Notes: generated by a model from the sequence alone, not told the origin. A stretch of 64,000 nucleotides of DNA from an uncultured Candidatus Saccharibacteria bacterium (GCA_964617735.1 CAZTXT010000001.1:267589-331588); one strand, 5' to 3'. Numbered from the stretch's first letter, positions 8,138 to 17,842 are shown. Numbers and translations are program-made.

Positions 8138-9445
8138 ATGCCAAATCAATTTAGAGATGTAACGTCTACTGGCTATGGCGGTCGGATCATCAACTCGATA
8201 AAAGGAGTACTCATTGGACTTATTCTTTTTGTTGCTTCGTTCGGTTTACTCTATTGGAACGAAGGACGAGTTGATTTATCCAACATCGCGAAAACTGCTA
8301 CCGACATAAGTTCCGCAACAGTTAGCGCCGACTCTACACTGAGCGGCAAACTTATTTCTACAACGGGAAATGTAAACTCCGATCAAGTCATCGGAGATAA
8401 TTTGTTTTTGAATCCCGATAAGTTTATTGCCGCGGAGCGCGAAGTTGAGATGTATTCTTGGGTAGAAAAATCCGAATCTCATAGCAGAACTAACACTGGA
8501 GGTTCAGAGACAACCGAGACCACATACTCGTACTCAAAAGGATGGGAAGCAAATCCAAAATCTTCAAGCAACTTTGAACATCCTGAAGGACACGAAAATC
8601 CGCAGAAAGGCTTGGACAGCTATACTAACAAAGTTACTGCCGCAACAATTGGTGTTTACAATTTTGACCCGCAAAGTGTTGCCCTGCCAGACTTTTCTAA
8701 ACTTCCACTCAATTCTCAAAATGTGACTTTGAGTGATGGAGCAGTTTTAGCAAACGACAGTTACATTTTTATCAAAAAGAGTGCTGACGGAACATTCGAT
8801 AGCCCGCAAATCGGAGACTTGCGGGTAAGCTATCATGTTTTGAGCCCCGGATTTGAGGGTACAATTTTTGGAAAATTGAGCGGAAGTAGAATCGATCCGT
8901 ATTTTGACCAAAACGGAAATAATCTCTACCGTTTGTTCATTGGTACTCGCGAACAGGGAATCTCGACGCTCCACACTGAATATGCGACACTGCTTTGGAT
9001 TTTACGCCTGGTGGGCTTTTTGCTGATGTGGTTTGGGCTTTCCGCACTCTTTGGCCCGATTAGCGTTCTTCTCGACTTCCTCCCGATTTTCGGCGCGATA
9101 AGTCGCTTGCTAATTGGCGTAATAACGTTTCTTGTCGCACTTGTGCTCACGGTCGTGACAATCATTGTCTCGATGATTGCTCACAGCTTTATCACGCTCA
9201 TTATTGCCTTAGTAATTACTGTCGGAGCGATTATCGCTTTCTTTGTGATATGGAAAAACAAAAGAAAAGCCAGCGGTGTATTAGCACCAGCAATGGCTCC
9301 GGCACAAGCCACTCCGCCAGTAAATCAGCAGTTGGAAAGTTATGTGAGGGAAGCACGAAGTAGGGGTATGTCAAATGACCAAATTCGCCAAGAGCTTATG
9401 ACTTCTGGTTGGGCAAACGAAGAAATCAATCGAGTTTTGATGTAA
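8138..9445 (+). CDS. Multi-pass membrane protein (possibly TMEM43/DUF1625-like) ending in the same helical GW motif
   Basis: N-terminal TM helix, a ~250-aa hydrophilic domain, four C-terminal TM helices, then the C-terminal LESYVREARSRGMSNDQIRQELMTSGWANEEINRVLM. The TMEM43-like call rests on topology only. Confidence 0.5.
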   Translation: MPNQFRDVTSTGYGGRIINSIKGVLIGLILFVASFGLLYWNEGRVDLSNIAKTATDISSATVSADSTLSGKLISTTGNVNSDQVIGDNLFLNPDKFIAAEREVEMYSWVEKSESHSRTNTGGSETTETTYSYSKGWEANPKSSSNFEHPEGHENPQKGLDSYTNKVTAATIGVYNFDPQSVALPDFSKLPLNSQNVTLSDGAVLANDSYIFIKKSADGTFDSPQIGDLRVSYHVLSPGFEGTIFGKLSGSRIDPYFDQNGNNLYRLFIGTREQGISTLHTEYATLLWILRLVGFLLMWFGLSALFGPISVLLDFLPIFGAISRLLIGVITFLVALVLTVVTIIVSMIAHSFITLIIALVITVGAIIAFFVIWKNKRKASGVLAPAMAPAQATPPVNQQLESYVREARSRGMSNDQIRQELMTSGWANEEINRVLM

Positions 9446-9691
9446 CTATTTTGCCCGCTGCCCGCTGCCCACCGTCCAAGCGGAATATTGACCCTAAGTC
9501 TTCGCCTGCGGGTGAGCGCAGAATACCAAACGTAAACTCTCCCCTACATTTTCTTGTTTTTTGCGCGTGCCAATTTCTAAATGAAAGGAAGATTTTGCTT
9601 GAGGTGTAGCTGCCGCTCTGTCCCGACGGGCTTCCGAAGTCAGGAATTTCTGATAAGATAAGTTCAAGCGAAGTCGTAAAGAAACATTTCG

Positions 9692-10561
9692 ATGGATGAT
9701 AAGAAAAAAAGAATCGAGAATTTAGAGCAGGAGATGCAATCTCCGGACTTTTGGCTGAATAAAGAGGAGGCGCAGCGCACAATCAAGGAGCATCAGCGCC
9801 TCAAACTTGAGGCGGAAGGCAAGGGCGCATACGACGGCGGTGATGCGATACTCACGGTTTTCTCCGGTGCCGGTGGCGATGATGCTGAAGATTTCTCCGC
9901 GATGCTGGTCAGAATGTACCAAAGATACATCGAAGGTCGCGGTTGGGGCATCAACGTTCTCCATGAGAATCAGAACGACCATGGCGGGTATCGCAATATC
10001 ACCATGGAAATCAGCGGCAAAAATGTCTACGGAACTATTAAACATGAATCGGGAGTGCATCGTCTTGTTCGCATATCGCCTTTCAATGCGAGCCAGAAGC
10101 GCCACACCTCATTTTCGATGGTAGAAGTTATTCCAAAACTGGAGAAAGTCGGAGAAATAGAGATTCCGGAAGATGAACTCGAAGTCAGTTTTGCCCGCTC
10201 CAGCGGTCCCGGAGGGCAGAATGTCAACAAGCGAGAGACCGCAGTGCGCCTCGTACACAAACCGACGAAACTTGCTGTGCATGTCGAGAGCGAGCGCAGC
10301 CAAGCGGCGAACCGTGAGAAGGCTATCGTGATTCTGAAGGGAAAACTCTATAAACTACGCGAAGAGGAGCGGGTCGCCAAGGAGAAAGGGATGTATATAT
10401 CGAAAACGACAAGCGCAGAATGGGGTAATCAGATTCGCTCATACGTACTCCATCCCTACAAAATGGTCAAAGACCATCGCACGGACGTTGAGACTGCACA
10501 GGTGGAGAACGTGCTGAATGGCGATCTCGACAAATTTATCGAAGCTGAGCGAGCGCTGTAG
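9692..10561 (+). CDS. prfB: Peptide chain release factor 2 with a short N-terminal domain
   Basis: SPF tripeptide (RISPFNASQKRHTSF) and GGQ motif (SGPGGQNVNKRETAVRL). Only ~58 aa precede the SGAGG block, and no CTTTGAC programmed-frameshift site lies upstream. Confidence 0.85.
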   Translation: MDDKKKRIENLEQEMQSPDFWLNKEEAQRTIKEHQRLKLEAEGKGAYDGGDAILTVFSGAGGDDAEDFSAMLVRMYQRYIEGRGWGINVLHENQNDHGGYRNITMEISGKNVYGTIKHESGVHRLVRISPFNASQKRHTSFSMVEVIPKLEKVGEIEIPEDELEVSFARSSGPGGQNVNKRETAVRLVHKPTKLAVHVESERSQAANREKAIVILKGKLYKLREEERVAKEKGMYISKTTSAEWGNQIRSYVLHPYKMVKDHRTDVETAQVENVLNGDLDKFIEAERAL

Positions 10562-10707
10562 CTTTGGTTTGTATTATTAGGGCCTGACGTTTTTGTGCAT
10601 CCTATCGAGTACGCGTTTCCTCTTCATAAATTGGCTTTTTCCCGATTCTACCCTAAAATAGACCACATGCCGTCTGGCTTCATTTTTCTGTATTCCCAAA
10701 TTTCTCA

Positions 10708-11388
10708 ATGATCTATTTCGATAAAGTCTCTAAAATCTACGCTGATAATTGCGCTGCGCTCAATGGCGTGACTTTTACGATAGAACCCAAGGAATTCGTC
10801 TCCATCGTCGGACATTCGGGGGCAGGAAAGACCACGATACTCAAGATGATACTTGCCGAAGAGCGGCCTTCATCAGGAACGGTCTTTTTCGAGTCGGTCA
10901 ACATCCATACACTCAAAAATCGGCCTATGAACAGCTATCGCCGCCGTATCGGGACCGTATTTCAGGATTTCAGACTCCTGCCGAATAAAACGACGTTCGA
11001 GAATGTCGCATTCGCGATGGAGGTCGCTGGTCGAACCGACGAAGAGATACAGTCGGACGTACCGCATGTACTCGAGCTTGTTGACCTCGGACACAAGCTC
11101 TGGAATTTCCCGCACGAGCTCTCGAGCGGCGAAAAACAGCGCGTCGCCATCGCACGCGCGATCGTCAACCAGCCCGATGTACTGATCGCCGACGAGCCGA
11201 CGGGGAACCTCGATCCTATCAGTACGTTCGAGATCGTGCAGATATTCAAGAAGATAAACGATCTCGGTACGACCGTTATTCTGACGACGCACAACAAGGG
11301 GGTGATCGATTTCCTCAAACAGCGCGTTATCACGCTCGATGCGGGCAAGATCGTCAGGGATGATAAGCATGGGAAATATATCGTATAG
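10708..11388 (+). CDS. ftsE: Cell-division ABC ATPase FtsE
   Basis: Walker A GHSGAGKTT, ABC signature LSSGEKQR, Walker [13 protein letters not shown]. Followed directly by ftsX. Confidence 0.9.
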   Translation: MIYFDKVSKIYADNCAALNGVTFTIEPKEFVSIVGHSGAGKTTILKMILAEERPSSGTVFFESVNIHTLKNRPMNSYRRRIGTVFQDFRLLPNKTTFENVAFAMEVAGRTDEEIQSDVPHVLELVDLGHKLWNFPHELSSGEKQRVAIARAIVNQPDVLIADEPTGNLDPISTFEIVQIFKKINDLGTTVILTTHNKGVIDFLKQRVITLDAGKIVRDDKHGKYIV

Positions 11389-11462
11389 AGAATGTAAGAA
11401 AGAAATGCAGAAATCTGATACAATCACTCGCATCGAAAGAAGTTTTCGTCTAACGCGCTGAC

Positions 11463-12410
11463 ATGTTTTGGGTCAATGTTAAAAGAGTATTGAACACAGG
11501 GTGGATCAATTTCTGGCGGAATGGTTTTGTATCCGTCGCTTCAATCTTGGTGATGTCCATTACCCTTTTTGTGGTGGGGTCGTTGGTATTCAATAACGCT
11601 CTCTTACAATCTTCTCTTGATGAGCTCAAGCAGAATGTCGATATCAACGTCTACTTCGTAACGACCGCGCAAGAGTCGGACGTTCTTGCGCTCAAAAAAA
11701 CGCTCGAATCATTCCCGGAGGTCGCCGAAGTAGAGTACGTCTCGCGCGAACAGGCACTGGAGAATTTCAAAGCTAAGCATCAGGATGATCAGCTGATCCT
11801 TCAATCGCTCGAAGAGGTGGGGGACAATCCGCTCGGTGCTATCCTCAATATCAAGACAAAAGAGCCGTCGCAGTACCAAGGAGTCGCCGATTACCTCAAG
11901 GCGAACCCCGTGCTCTCCAAAGAAGGAACGCCCTTAGTGGATAAAGTGAACTATTTCCAGAATAAGACCGCGATCGACAAGCTTAGCCAGATCATCGACA
12001 CATCGAGGAAATCGAGCCTCGCTCGCACCCTCGTGCTCATCATCGCATCGCTAGCGGTCGCATTCAACACGATCCGTCTTGCGATCTATATCCGCCGTGA
12101 GGAGATATCGGTCATGCGTCTCGTCGGGGCGAGCCACACCTACATTCGCGGCCCGTTCATCATCGCCGGGTTAATCTATGGCTTCGTGTCGGCGCTTCTC
12201 GCGATACTCGCCTTCTACCCGGTGACTTACTGGTTCGGCCCACTGTTCTATCCTCTGCCGTTCTTTTTGACGCAAAATCAGGCGGGCGATCTGCATTTAT
12301 TCCAGTATTACATCGCGAATTTCGCAGAGGTAACGCTCATCGTCTTGGGAACGGGGCTTATCTTGGGTGCTCTGTCGAGCTATCTTGCGGTCCGCCGATA
12401 CCTCAAATAG
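11463..12410 (+). CDS. ftsX: Cell-division permease-like protein FtsX
   Basis: N-terminal TM helix, a periplasmic domain and three C-terminal TM helices. Follows ftsE. Confidence 0.85.
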   Translation: MFWVNVKRVLNTGWINFWRNGFVSVASILVMSITLFVVGSLVFNNALLQSSLDELKQNVDINVYFVTTAQESDVLALKKTLESFPEVAEVEYVSREQALENFKAKHQDDQLILQSLEEVGDNPLGAILNIKTKEPSQYQGVADYLKANPVLSKEGTPLVDKVNYFQNKTAIDKLSQIIDTSRKSSLARTLVLIIASLAVAFNTIRLAIYIRREEISVMRLVGASHTYIRGPFIIAGLIYGFVSALLAILAFYPVTYWFGPLFYPLPFFLTQNQAGDLHLFQYYIANFAEVTLIVLGTGLILGALSSYLAVRRYLK

Positions 12411-12454
12411 CACACGTGCTTTGCGATCCGATCGTTTTCTGCTACCATTTCTAA

Positions 12455-14161
12455 ATGCGGAAGCGATCGCATAAATATATTTTCGTGATCGGTGGCGTTA
12501 TGTCCGGAGTAGGGAAAGGTATCGCCGCTTCTTCGATCGCCAAGATCCTCCAGTCAAAAGGATTTCAGGTCAACCCCATCAAGGTTGACCCGTATCTTAA
12601 TGTAGATGCTGGGACCATGAATCCGACTGAGCACGGCGAAGTATTCGTGCTCGATTCCGGTCTTGAGACCGATCAGGATATGGGCAACTATGAGCGATTT
12701 CTCGAGACTGACCTCAAAACCGAGGATTATATGACGAGCGGCATGGTCTATCAGCATGTGATAGAGAAGGAACGCAGCCTCGGCTATAAAGGCAAGTGCG
12801 TCGAGGCCATTCCGCATATCACTGACGAGATCACACGCCGGATACAGCGGGCGGCTGATGTGGGCGCCGATGGAAAGGGCGTCACCCTTATCGAGATCGG
12901 TGGCACCGTCGGAGACTATCAGAACATCATGTTTATCGAGGCCGCGCGGGTGCTCAAGCTCAAAAATCCCCATGACGTCATGTTCATTCTGGTAACCTAT
13001 CTGCCGATTCCCGGGACAATCGGAGAGATGAAAACGCGGCCAACGCAGAATGCCGTGAGAATGCTCAATTCGTACGGCGTTCAGCCGGATATCATCATTG
13101 CGCGGAGCACCGAGCCGCTGGATGGGAAGCGCAAAGAGAAAATAGCGACTTCGTGCAACGTCCCGGTTCAAAATGTCATCTCGGCTCCCGACATCGAGAG
13201 TATCTACGAAGTGCCACTTAATTTCGAACGGGACAAAATAGGAGATCGAATCCTAGAAACGCTCTCGTTGACTTCCCGGGTCAGGCGCGACAGTCTCGTT
13301 CGGTGGCGCTCGTTCGTCAACCGGATAAAAAATCTCTCGAGCGAAGTGCAGATTGCCATCGTGGGGAAATATTTTGATACCGGAAGTTTCGTGCTCTCCG
13401 ATGCGTATATCTCCGTGATCGAAGCGATCAAGCTCTCCGCCTATAAGATCGGCGTCAAGCCGGTACTGCATTGGCTCAATGCCAAAGATTTCGAGAATGG
13501 GAGCATCGATGTCAACACGCTGTTGCGCTATGACGGTATCCTGGTGCCCGGAGGTTTTGGCGAGACCGGCATCGAGGGCAAACTCAAGGTCATCCGTTTT
13601 GCGCGCGAAAAGAAGATACCGTATTTCGGCCTTTGCTACGGGATGCAGCTTGCCGTAGTCGAATACGCGCGCACGGTGTTGGGTCTCAAAACCGCCAATA
13701 CCACCGAGATCGATAAAGAAACTGCGCATCCGGTTATCGATATCATGCCGGATCAGAAAGCGAAGCTTGAGCATGAGGATTATGGCGGCAGCATGCGGCT
13801 CGGCGCGTACACGGCGCATCTAAAGGAGGGAACGATAGCCCGGCGCGCGTACGGAGTAGATTCTATTTCGGAGCGTCATCGACATCGGTATGAAGTCAAT
13901 CCGGCCTATGTTTCCAAGATCGAAAAAGCCGGAATGGTATTTTCTGGAACTTCGCCTAACGGCGTGCTTATGGAGATCGTGGAATTGCCTAAAACGGCCC
14001 ATCCGTTCTTTCTCGGCACGCAATTCCATCCTGAATTTAAAGCGCGACCGCTTAGCCCCCATCCGCTCTTCACCGCCTTTATGAAGGCGGCGGAAAGTCG
14101 CGCGCGATCGAGAAAGCCCCTCTCTTTGCAATCCGCGGTGCTCAAAACGCAATCGGTATAA
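12455..14161 (+). CDS. pyrG: CTP synthase
   Basis: N-terminal synthetase block YIFVIGGVMSGVGKGI and C-terminal glutamine amidotransferase block GLCYGMQ...H.E. 568 aa. Confidence 0.95.
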   Translation: MRKRSHKYIFVIGGVMSGVGKGIAASSIAKILQSKGFQVNPIKVDPYLNVDAGTMNPTEHGEVFVLDSGLETDQDMGNYERFLETDLKTEDYMTSGMVYQHVIEKERSLGYKGKCVEAIPHITDEITRRIQRAADVGADGKGVTLIEIGGTVGDYQNIMFIEAARVLKLKNPHDVMFILVTYLPIPGTIGEMKTRPTQNAVRMLNSYGVQPDIIIARSTEPLDGKRKEKIATSCNVPVQNVISAPDIESIYEVPLNFERDKIGDRILETLSLTSRVRRDSLVRWRSFVNRIKNLSSEVQIAIVGKYFDTGSFVLSDAYISVIEAIKLSAYKIGVKPVLHWLNAKDFENGSIDVNTLLRYDGILVPGGFGETGIEGKLKVIRFAREKKIPYFGLCYGMQLAVVEYARTVLGLKTANTTEIDKETAHPVIDIMPDQKAKLEHEDYGGSMRLGAYTAHLKEGTIARRAYGVDSISERHRHRYEVNPAYVSKIEKAGMVFSGTSPNGVLMEIVELPKTAHPFFLGTQFHPEFKARPLSPHPLFTAFMKAAESRARSRKPLSLQSAVLKTQSV

Positions 14162-14250
14162 GCTTCATTTTTCTGGGCGGATGTGCATAAACACCCTCAA
14201 AGGTGCGGCATGCTTGCTATACTGGAAGTATTCTTATTTGAGTTAAAGAG

Positions 14251-17200
14251 ATGAAAAGAACCTGGTTGCTCGCTTTTAGTGTGGTATGGTCTTCAGCTGC
14301 AGTGCTTTCGATTTGTTTGGTCGGCATCCCTTCAGTTTCAGGCGCGGCATGCGAGAGTATCACTCAAACGCTCTCGCTAGGGTCTACGGATCAGACCTCC
14401 GACGGGCAGGTCTCCATACTGCAGCGGTTTCTCTCTGCGCAAGGGTTTTTAAACCTCTCAACCCCAACGGGGCTTTTTGGTGATGCGACGCAGGCTGCAG
14501 TTAAATCGTTCCAGTCCCGCTATAGTATCGTTGAGTTCGGACTTGTGGGCGTCGCGACGCGTGCGAAGATCAACGCCCTGCTCTGTCTCTCGGCTCCGGC
14601 TCCTTCTGCACCGTCCACGGCACCCAAGCCTGCCGTCACAACCGTAGTCTCTTCATCGGCCTCTGTCCCTGTTTCGGGGAATACCGTCGCTCTTTCAGAG
14701 GCCCCGGGCCATCCAGTTGTATCTTGTACGCTCCCCCAGCTCGATCCCGGCGCCGAGAACTCTTCCGTGTTCCTTTTGCAGACGATCCTTAATAAAGAAG
14801 GAGTCTATCCCGAGAATCGGATCACCGGATATTTCGGCCCGCTGACTAAAGCGGCCGTGATCCGTTTTCAGCAAAAAAATAGTTTGGCGCTCGTTGGTCG
14901 TGTTGGACCCAAAACCTCCGCACTTCTCAATCAAAGCATTGAGAGGACGTTTCCAGCCTGTGCTTCGGGGGCCCTTCCGATGTCACCGGCGCTAACGCCC
15001 GTGATGTTGACCTCGCCCGCTTTAGGATCGCGGTGGGAGCGGGGCTCGTGGAAGGATATCACCTGGTCCAGCAGTACTACGTCCTCGATGACGCTTGAGC
15101 TCGTTTTCTGCGGCGCCGCCCTCTCATTGTGCAATCTCAATACGTCTACTCACTACATTGTAAGTACAGTCCCGAACACGGGTACGTATTCTTGGATTGT
15201 CGGGAGGACCGGGAACGTCTCGCTACTCCCGCTGGGTGTCTATATACTTCGTCTCCTCGATCCCTCGGGGACTTCGAGGAGTGCGACCGCGTTTGCGCTC
15301 GTGGACACCTCGGCCCCCACTATCACGGCCCAAGACTCGAGTGCTCAATTTTCCGATACGAATAATATCTTGAGCAATGCCGGTGGTGCTGCCGCTGTTT
15401 CTGTGAACAACACCACGGTAAATACGAACACTACTTCAACTACCACCACTACCACGAATACGAACAACAACCCTACGAACCCCACTTCCACGACAACTAC
15501 TACGACCACTCCGCCTCCTCCCACAAACCACCCACCCGTTTTCCAATCATTCTCTGGGTTGACCGTCACCGAGGGCCAAACTCTGCAGTTTTCACCCGCT
15601 GCTTCCGACGCGGATAGTGATACGCTCACCTTTTCCGCGTCGAATCTTCCGTCCGGGGCATCATTTTCCTCCGCAACGCGGACGTTCTCCTGGACTCCGG
15701 ATTTTGGCCAATCGGGGTCGTACGCGGTGAACTTTTCGGTCTCGGACGGGCACGTTTTGGTTTCGCAGCCCGCGACCATCGTGGTCGCCGACAGCGGTGG
15801 GACGATACCGTGGAAAAACAGCGCTTCGTATGATTACGCTCACCCGCGCATATCATTCAGCCCGAGATTCAACTGGATGATCTTTAAACAAAACGAACCC
15901 CCGACCCTCACGACATCGGACAGCTCAACCATTACAATTTATGATGTCACCGGACGGCAGGCGTACAGCGGTCCGGCGGGCACCCTCCCTCTTCTTTCTC
16001 CTGGGCATTATTTCGTCGAGAGCGCGACTGATCGGTCGGAGTTTCTTATCCTACCGAGCGACTACCGTACCTCTACCTTTTTGGGATTTACGGGGGCTGC
16101 GTTCGCCACGGGTTGGACGTTCCCCAAAGATGTCGCCACCTTGGCGAAGATGCAATGGGCGAGGGTGAGCGTTACCTGGTTGGATGCCGAAACTTCGGCT
16201 GGTACATTCGACTGGACTATTGCAGACGCGCGGATGCAGGCAAATGCTGATCGAGATATGATCCTTCTGCTTACGGGAGAATACGCACCCTCATGGGCGC
16301 AAGGTTCTCAAGTAGCAGATCGTTTCGCGGAGTTTGTTACCGCGGTGCTCAATCGATATCGAACGCTCTATCCCGGTAGAATCAAAGGAATCGAATTTAC
16401 TAATGAACCGTACTGTTGCGGTTACGACGGTACGCCAACCTTTAGTCAGTACCCGTACAGTCAGATTGCGACAGCGTATACCGCCTTCATTCAGAAGGCC
16501 TATCAAGCGCTGAAAGCGATAGACCCGTCGATCATGGCAGTTGCCCCCTCTTTTCAGGGAGCGATTATACCTGATCTTCGAAACCTAAGCGCGGCCGGAG
16601 CCGGACAGTACATCGATATGGTGATGTGGCATGATTATTGGCTCGGGTATGGTTGGCCGGATGAAGGTCAGCCGAATTATGATTTTGATTCGCCGCGCAC
16701 TGATCAGGTCATAGAAAAGATCAAACAGCTTTTTCCCGGGAAGCTCTTGGGTGTCGATGAGGTGGGGATGACCGGTTTGAGTGCTTTAGGAGTTCCGTAC
16801 GCCCCGTATTCGTCCGGATGCGGAGAAAATGTTGCAAATGACGGGAGGGGATTGTGGCGCTCGGACACCTGGTATGCAGGAATGAACAAGCTGGTGAAAT
16901 TCGTAGTAATGGAAAAAGGAGGCGGCCTTGGCGTTCTCATCCCGCACATCTTCAATGCATACAATCCCGATTGTGCGTGGGCTGGGTGGGAAGGCGCGAG
17001 CGGCTTAGACTCGCCGATCGGCATCAAGCCCCAAACCTCGGCATTTTTGATGACTGGACAGTGGCTGGAAGGCGCATCGTTTGTGCAGGAGAGCGTACTC
17101 AACGGCGCCCAAACGTTTTTGTATGCCTTCAACCGGCAGAACGGCGACGCGCTCGTCGTCGCATGGGCGACCCATGGCCATACGTTTGGCCTCCAGCAGG

Positions 17201-17340
17201 TCGCGAACGCTTCCGCCGCCAATGTCTTCGGTACGACATATACGCCGGTGAAGTTGACCGAGGAACCGATATTCTTTACCTCGCAGAGTATGTCCGCGTC
17301 GAACCTCCTCAGTGCGGTGGCGTCAGCGCTTGCTCCCTAG
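14251..17340 (+). CDS. Secreted multidomain protein: two PG-binding domains, a Thr-rich linker, an Ig-like (He_PIG-type) domain and a clan GH-A glycoside-hydrolase-like TIM-barrel domain
   Basis: Signal peptide. Two PG_binding_1-like units (VSILQRFLSAQGF...GLFGDATQAAVKSFQ and VFLLQTILNKEGVYP..GYFGPLTKAAVIRFQ). Ig-like unit PPVFQSFSGLTVTEGQTLQFSPAASDADSDTLTFSASNLPSGASF. The C-terminal domain carries GIEFTNEPY (the NEP acid/base motif of clan GH-A). Confidence 0.7.
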   Translation: MKRTWLLAFSVVWSSAAVLSICLVGIPSVSGAACESITQTLSLGSTDQTSDGQVSILQRFLSAQGFLNLSTPTGLFGDATQAAVKSFQSRYSIVEFGLVGVATRAKINALLCLSAPAPSAPSTAPKPAVTTVVSSSASVPVSGNTVALSEAPGHPVVSCTLPQLDPGAENSSVFLLQTILNKEGVYPENRITGYFGPLTKAAVIRFQQKNSLALVGRVGPKTSALLNQSIERTFPACASGALPMSPALTPVMLTSPALGSRWERGSWKDITWSSSTTSSMTLELVFCGAALSLCNLNTSTHYIVSTVPNTGTYSWIVGRTGNVSLLPLGVYILRLLDPSGTSRSATAFALVDTSAPTITAQDSSAQFSDTNNILSNAGGAAAVSVNNTTVNTNTTSTTTTTTNTNNNPTNPTSTTTTTTTPPPPTNHPPVFQSFSGLTVTEGQTLQFSPAASDADSDTLTFSASNLPSGASFSSATRTFSWTPDFGQSGSYAVNFSVSDGHVLVSQPATIVVADSGGTIPWKNSASYDYAHPRISFSPRFNWMIFKQNEPPTLTTSDSSTITIYDVTGRQAYSGPAGTLPLLSPGHYFVESATDRSEFLILPSDYRTSTFLGFTGAAFATGWTFPKDVATLAKMQWARVSVTWLDAETSAGTFDWTIADARMQANADRDMILLLTGEYAPSWAQGSQVADRFAEFVTAVLNRYRTLYPGRIKGIEFTNEPYCCGYDGTPTFSQYPYSQIATAYTAFIQKAYQALKAIDPSIMAVAPSFQGAIIPDLRNLSAAGAGQYIDMVMWHDYWLGYGWPDEGQPNYDFDSPRTDQVIEKIKQLFPGKLLGVDEVGMTGLSALGVPYAPYSSGCGENVANDGRGLWRSDTWYAGMNKLVKFVVMEKGGGLGVLIPHIFNAYNPDCAWAGWEGASGLDSPIGIKPQTSAFLMTGQWLEGASFVQESVLNGAQTFLYAFNRQNGDALVVAWATHGHTFGLQQVANASAANVFGTTYTPVKLTEEPIFFTSQSMSASNLLSAVASALAP
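15418..15530 (+). repeat. Thr/Asn/Pro-rich low-complexity linker inside the 14251..17340 gene
   Basis: Encodes TTVNTNTTSTTTTTTNTNNNPTNPTSTTTTTTTPPPP from ACN-codon tandem repeats. Confidence 0.8.
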
Positions 17341-17379
17341 ATGGTTGCGTTCGCCTCGGTTGCGCCGTAGGATGATCGT

Positions 17380-17658
17380 ATGGCTGTAGTAAAAAAGAAG
17401 ATCCATCCGCAGTATTTTGATCTTGTGGCAAAAGGGAAAAAGCGGTTTGAGTTCCGCATTGCAGATTTTGACGTGAAAGAGGGCGACATGCTTGTTCTAG
17501 AGGAGTGGGATCCGGATGTAAAAAAATATACCGGCAGAAGTTTAATTAAAAAGGTGGGATACACCCTTAAATTGACTATCGACGATCTTGCCAGGCAATT
17601 TGGTCAACAGAAAGAACTTCTTGAGAAAAACGGTTTCTACGTCATCCAGCTCGACTGA
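17380..17658 (+). CDS. DUF3850 (ASCH-fold) domain protein
   Basis: HPQYFDLVAKGKKRFEFRIADFDVKEGDML matches the conserved core of DUF3850/ASCH-like proteins. 92 aa. Confidence 0.6.
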   Translation: MAVVKKKIHPQYFDLVAKGKKRFEFRIADFDVKEGDMLVLEEWDPDVKKYTGRSLIKKVGYTLKLTIDDLARQFGQQKELLEKNGFYVIQLD

Positions 17659-17697
17659 TCGTGCTTGAAGAAAGCTGACTTTTCTAGTATTTTGATA

Positions 17698-17726
17698 CTG
17701 CCTCTCCGGAGGCAGTTTGTTTCTTT
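17698..17726 (+). terminator. Rho-independent terminator
   Basis: CTGCCTC-TCCG-GAGGCAG followed by TTTGTTTCTTT, just upstream of tRNA-Gln. Confidence 0.7.
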
Positions 17727-17737
17727 ACGTTTTTCTT

Positions 17738-17808
17738 TGCGGGGTCATCTAATGGTAGGATACATGACTCTGAATCATGTCATCTTGGTTCGAATCCAAG
17801 CCCCGCAG
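17738..17808 (+). tRNA. tRNA-Gln (anticodon CTG), no encoded CCA
   Basis: Acceptor stem TGCGGGG/CCCCGCA, anticodon arm CATGA-CTCTGAA-TCATG, T-arm CTTGG-TTCGAAT-CCAAG. The D-arm is short and atypical (TCTA-ATGG-TAGG). Confidence 0.7.
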
Positions 17809-17842
17809 AAATTAGCCGCAGAGTAATTTCTGCGGGGCTTGG
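17796..17842. repeat. 19-bp perfect inverted repeat built from the tRNA-Gln 3' end
   Basis: CCAAGCCCCGCAGAAATTA - 9-nt loop - TAATTTCTGCGGGGCTTGG. The first arm is the T-stem 3' strand plus the acceptor 3' strand of the tRNA. A second perfect hairpin, GTCGGGAAAGAA-TG-TTCTTTCCCGAC, follows at 17853-17878. Confidence 0.8.

Noticed and set aside
9450-9700. prfB programmed +1 frameshift site
   Set aside because: No CTT TGA C heptamer or upstream in-frame ORF is present. The gene appears to be a single uninterrupted ORF.
12554-14152. Minus-strand ORFs inside pyrG (12554..13171, 13253..13819, 13820..14152)
   Set aside because: Antisense to a highly conserved gene. Shadow ORFs.
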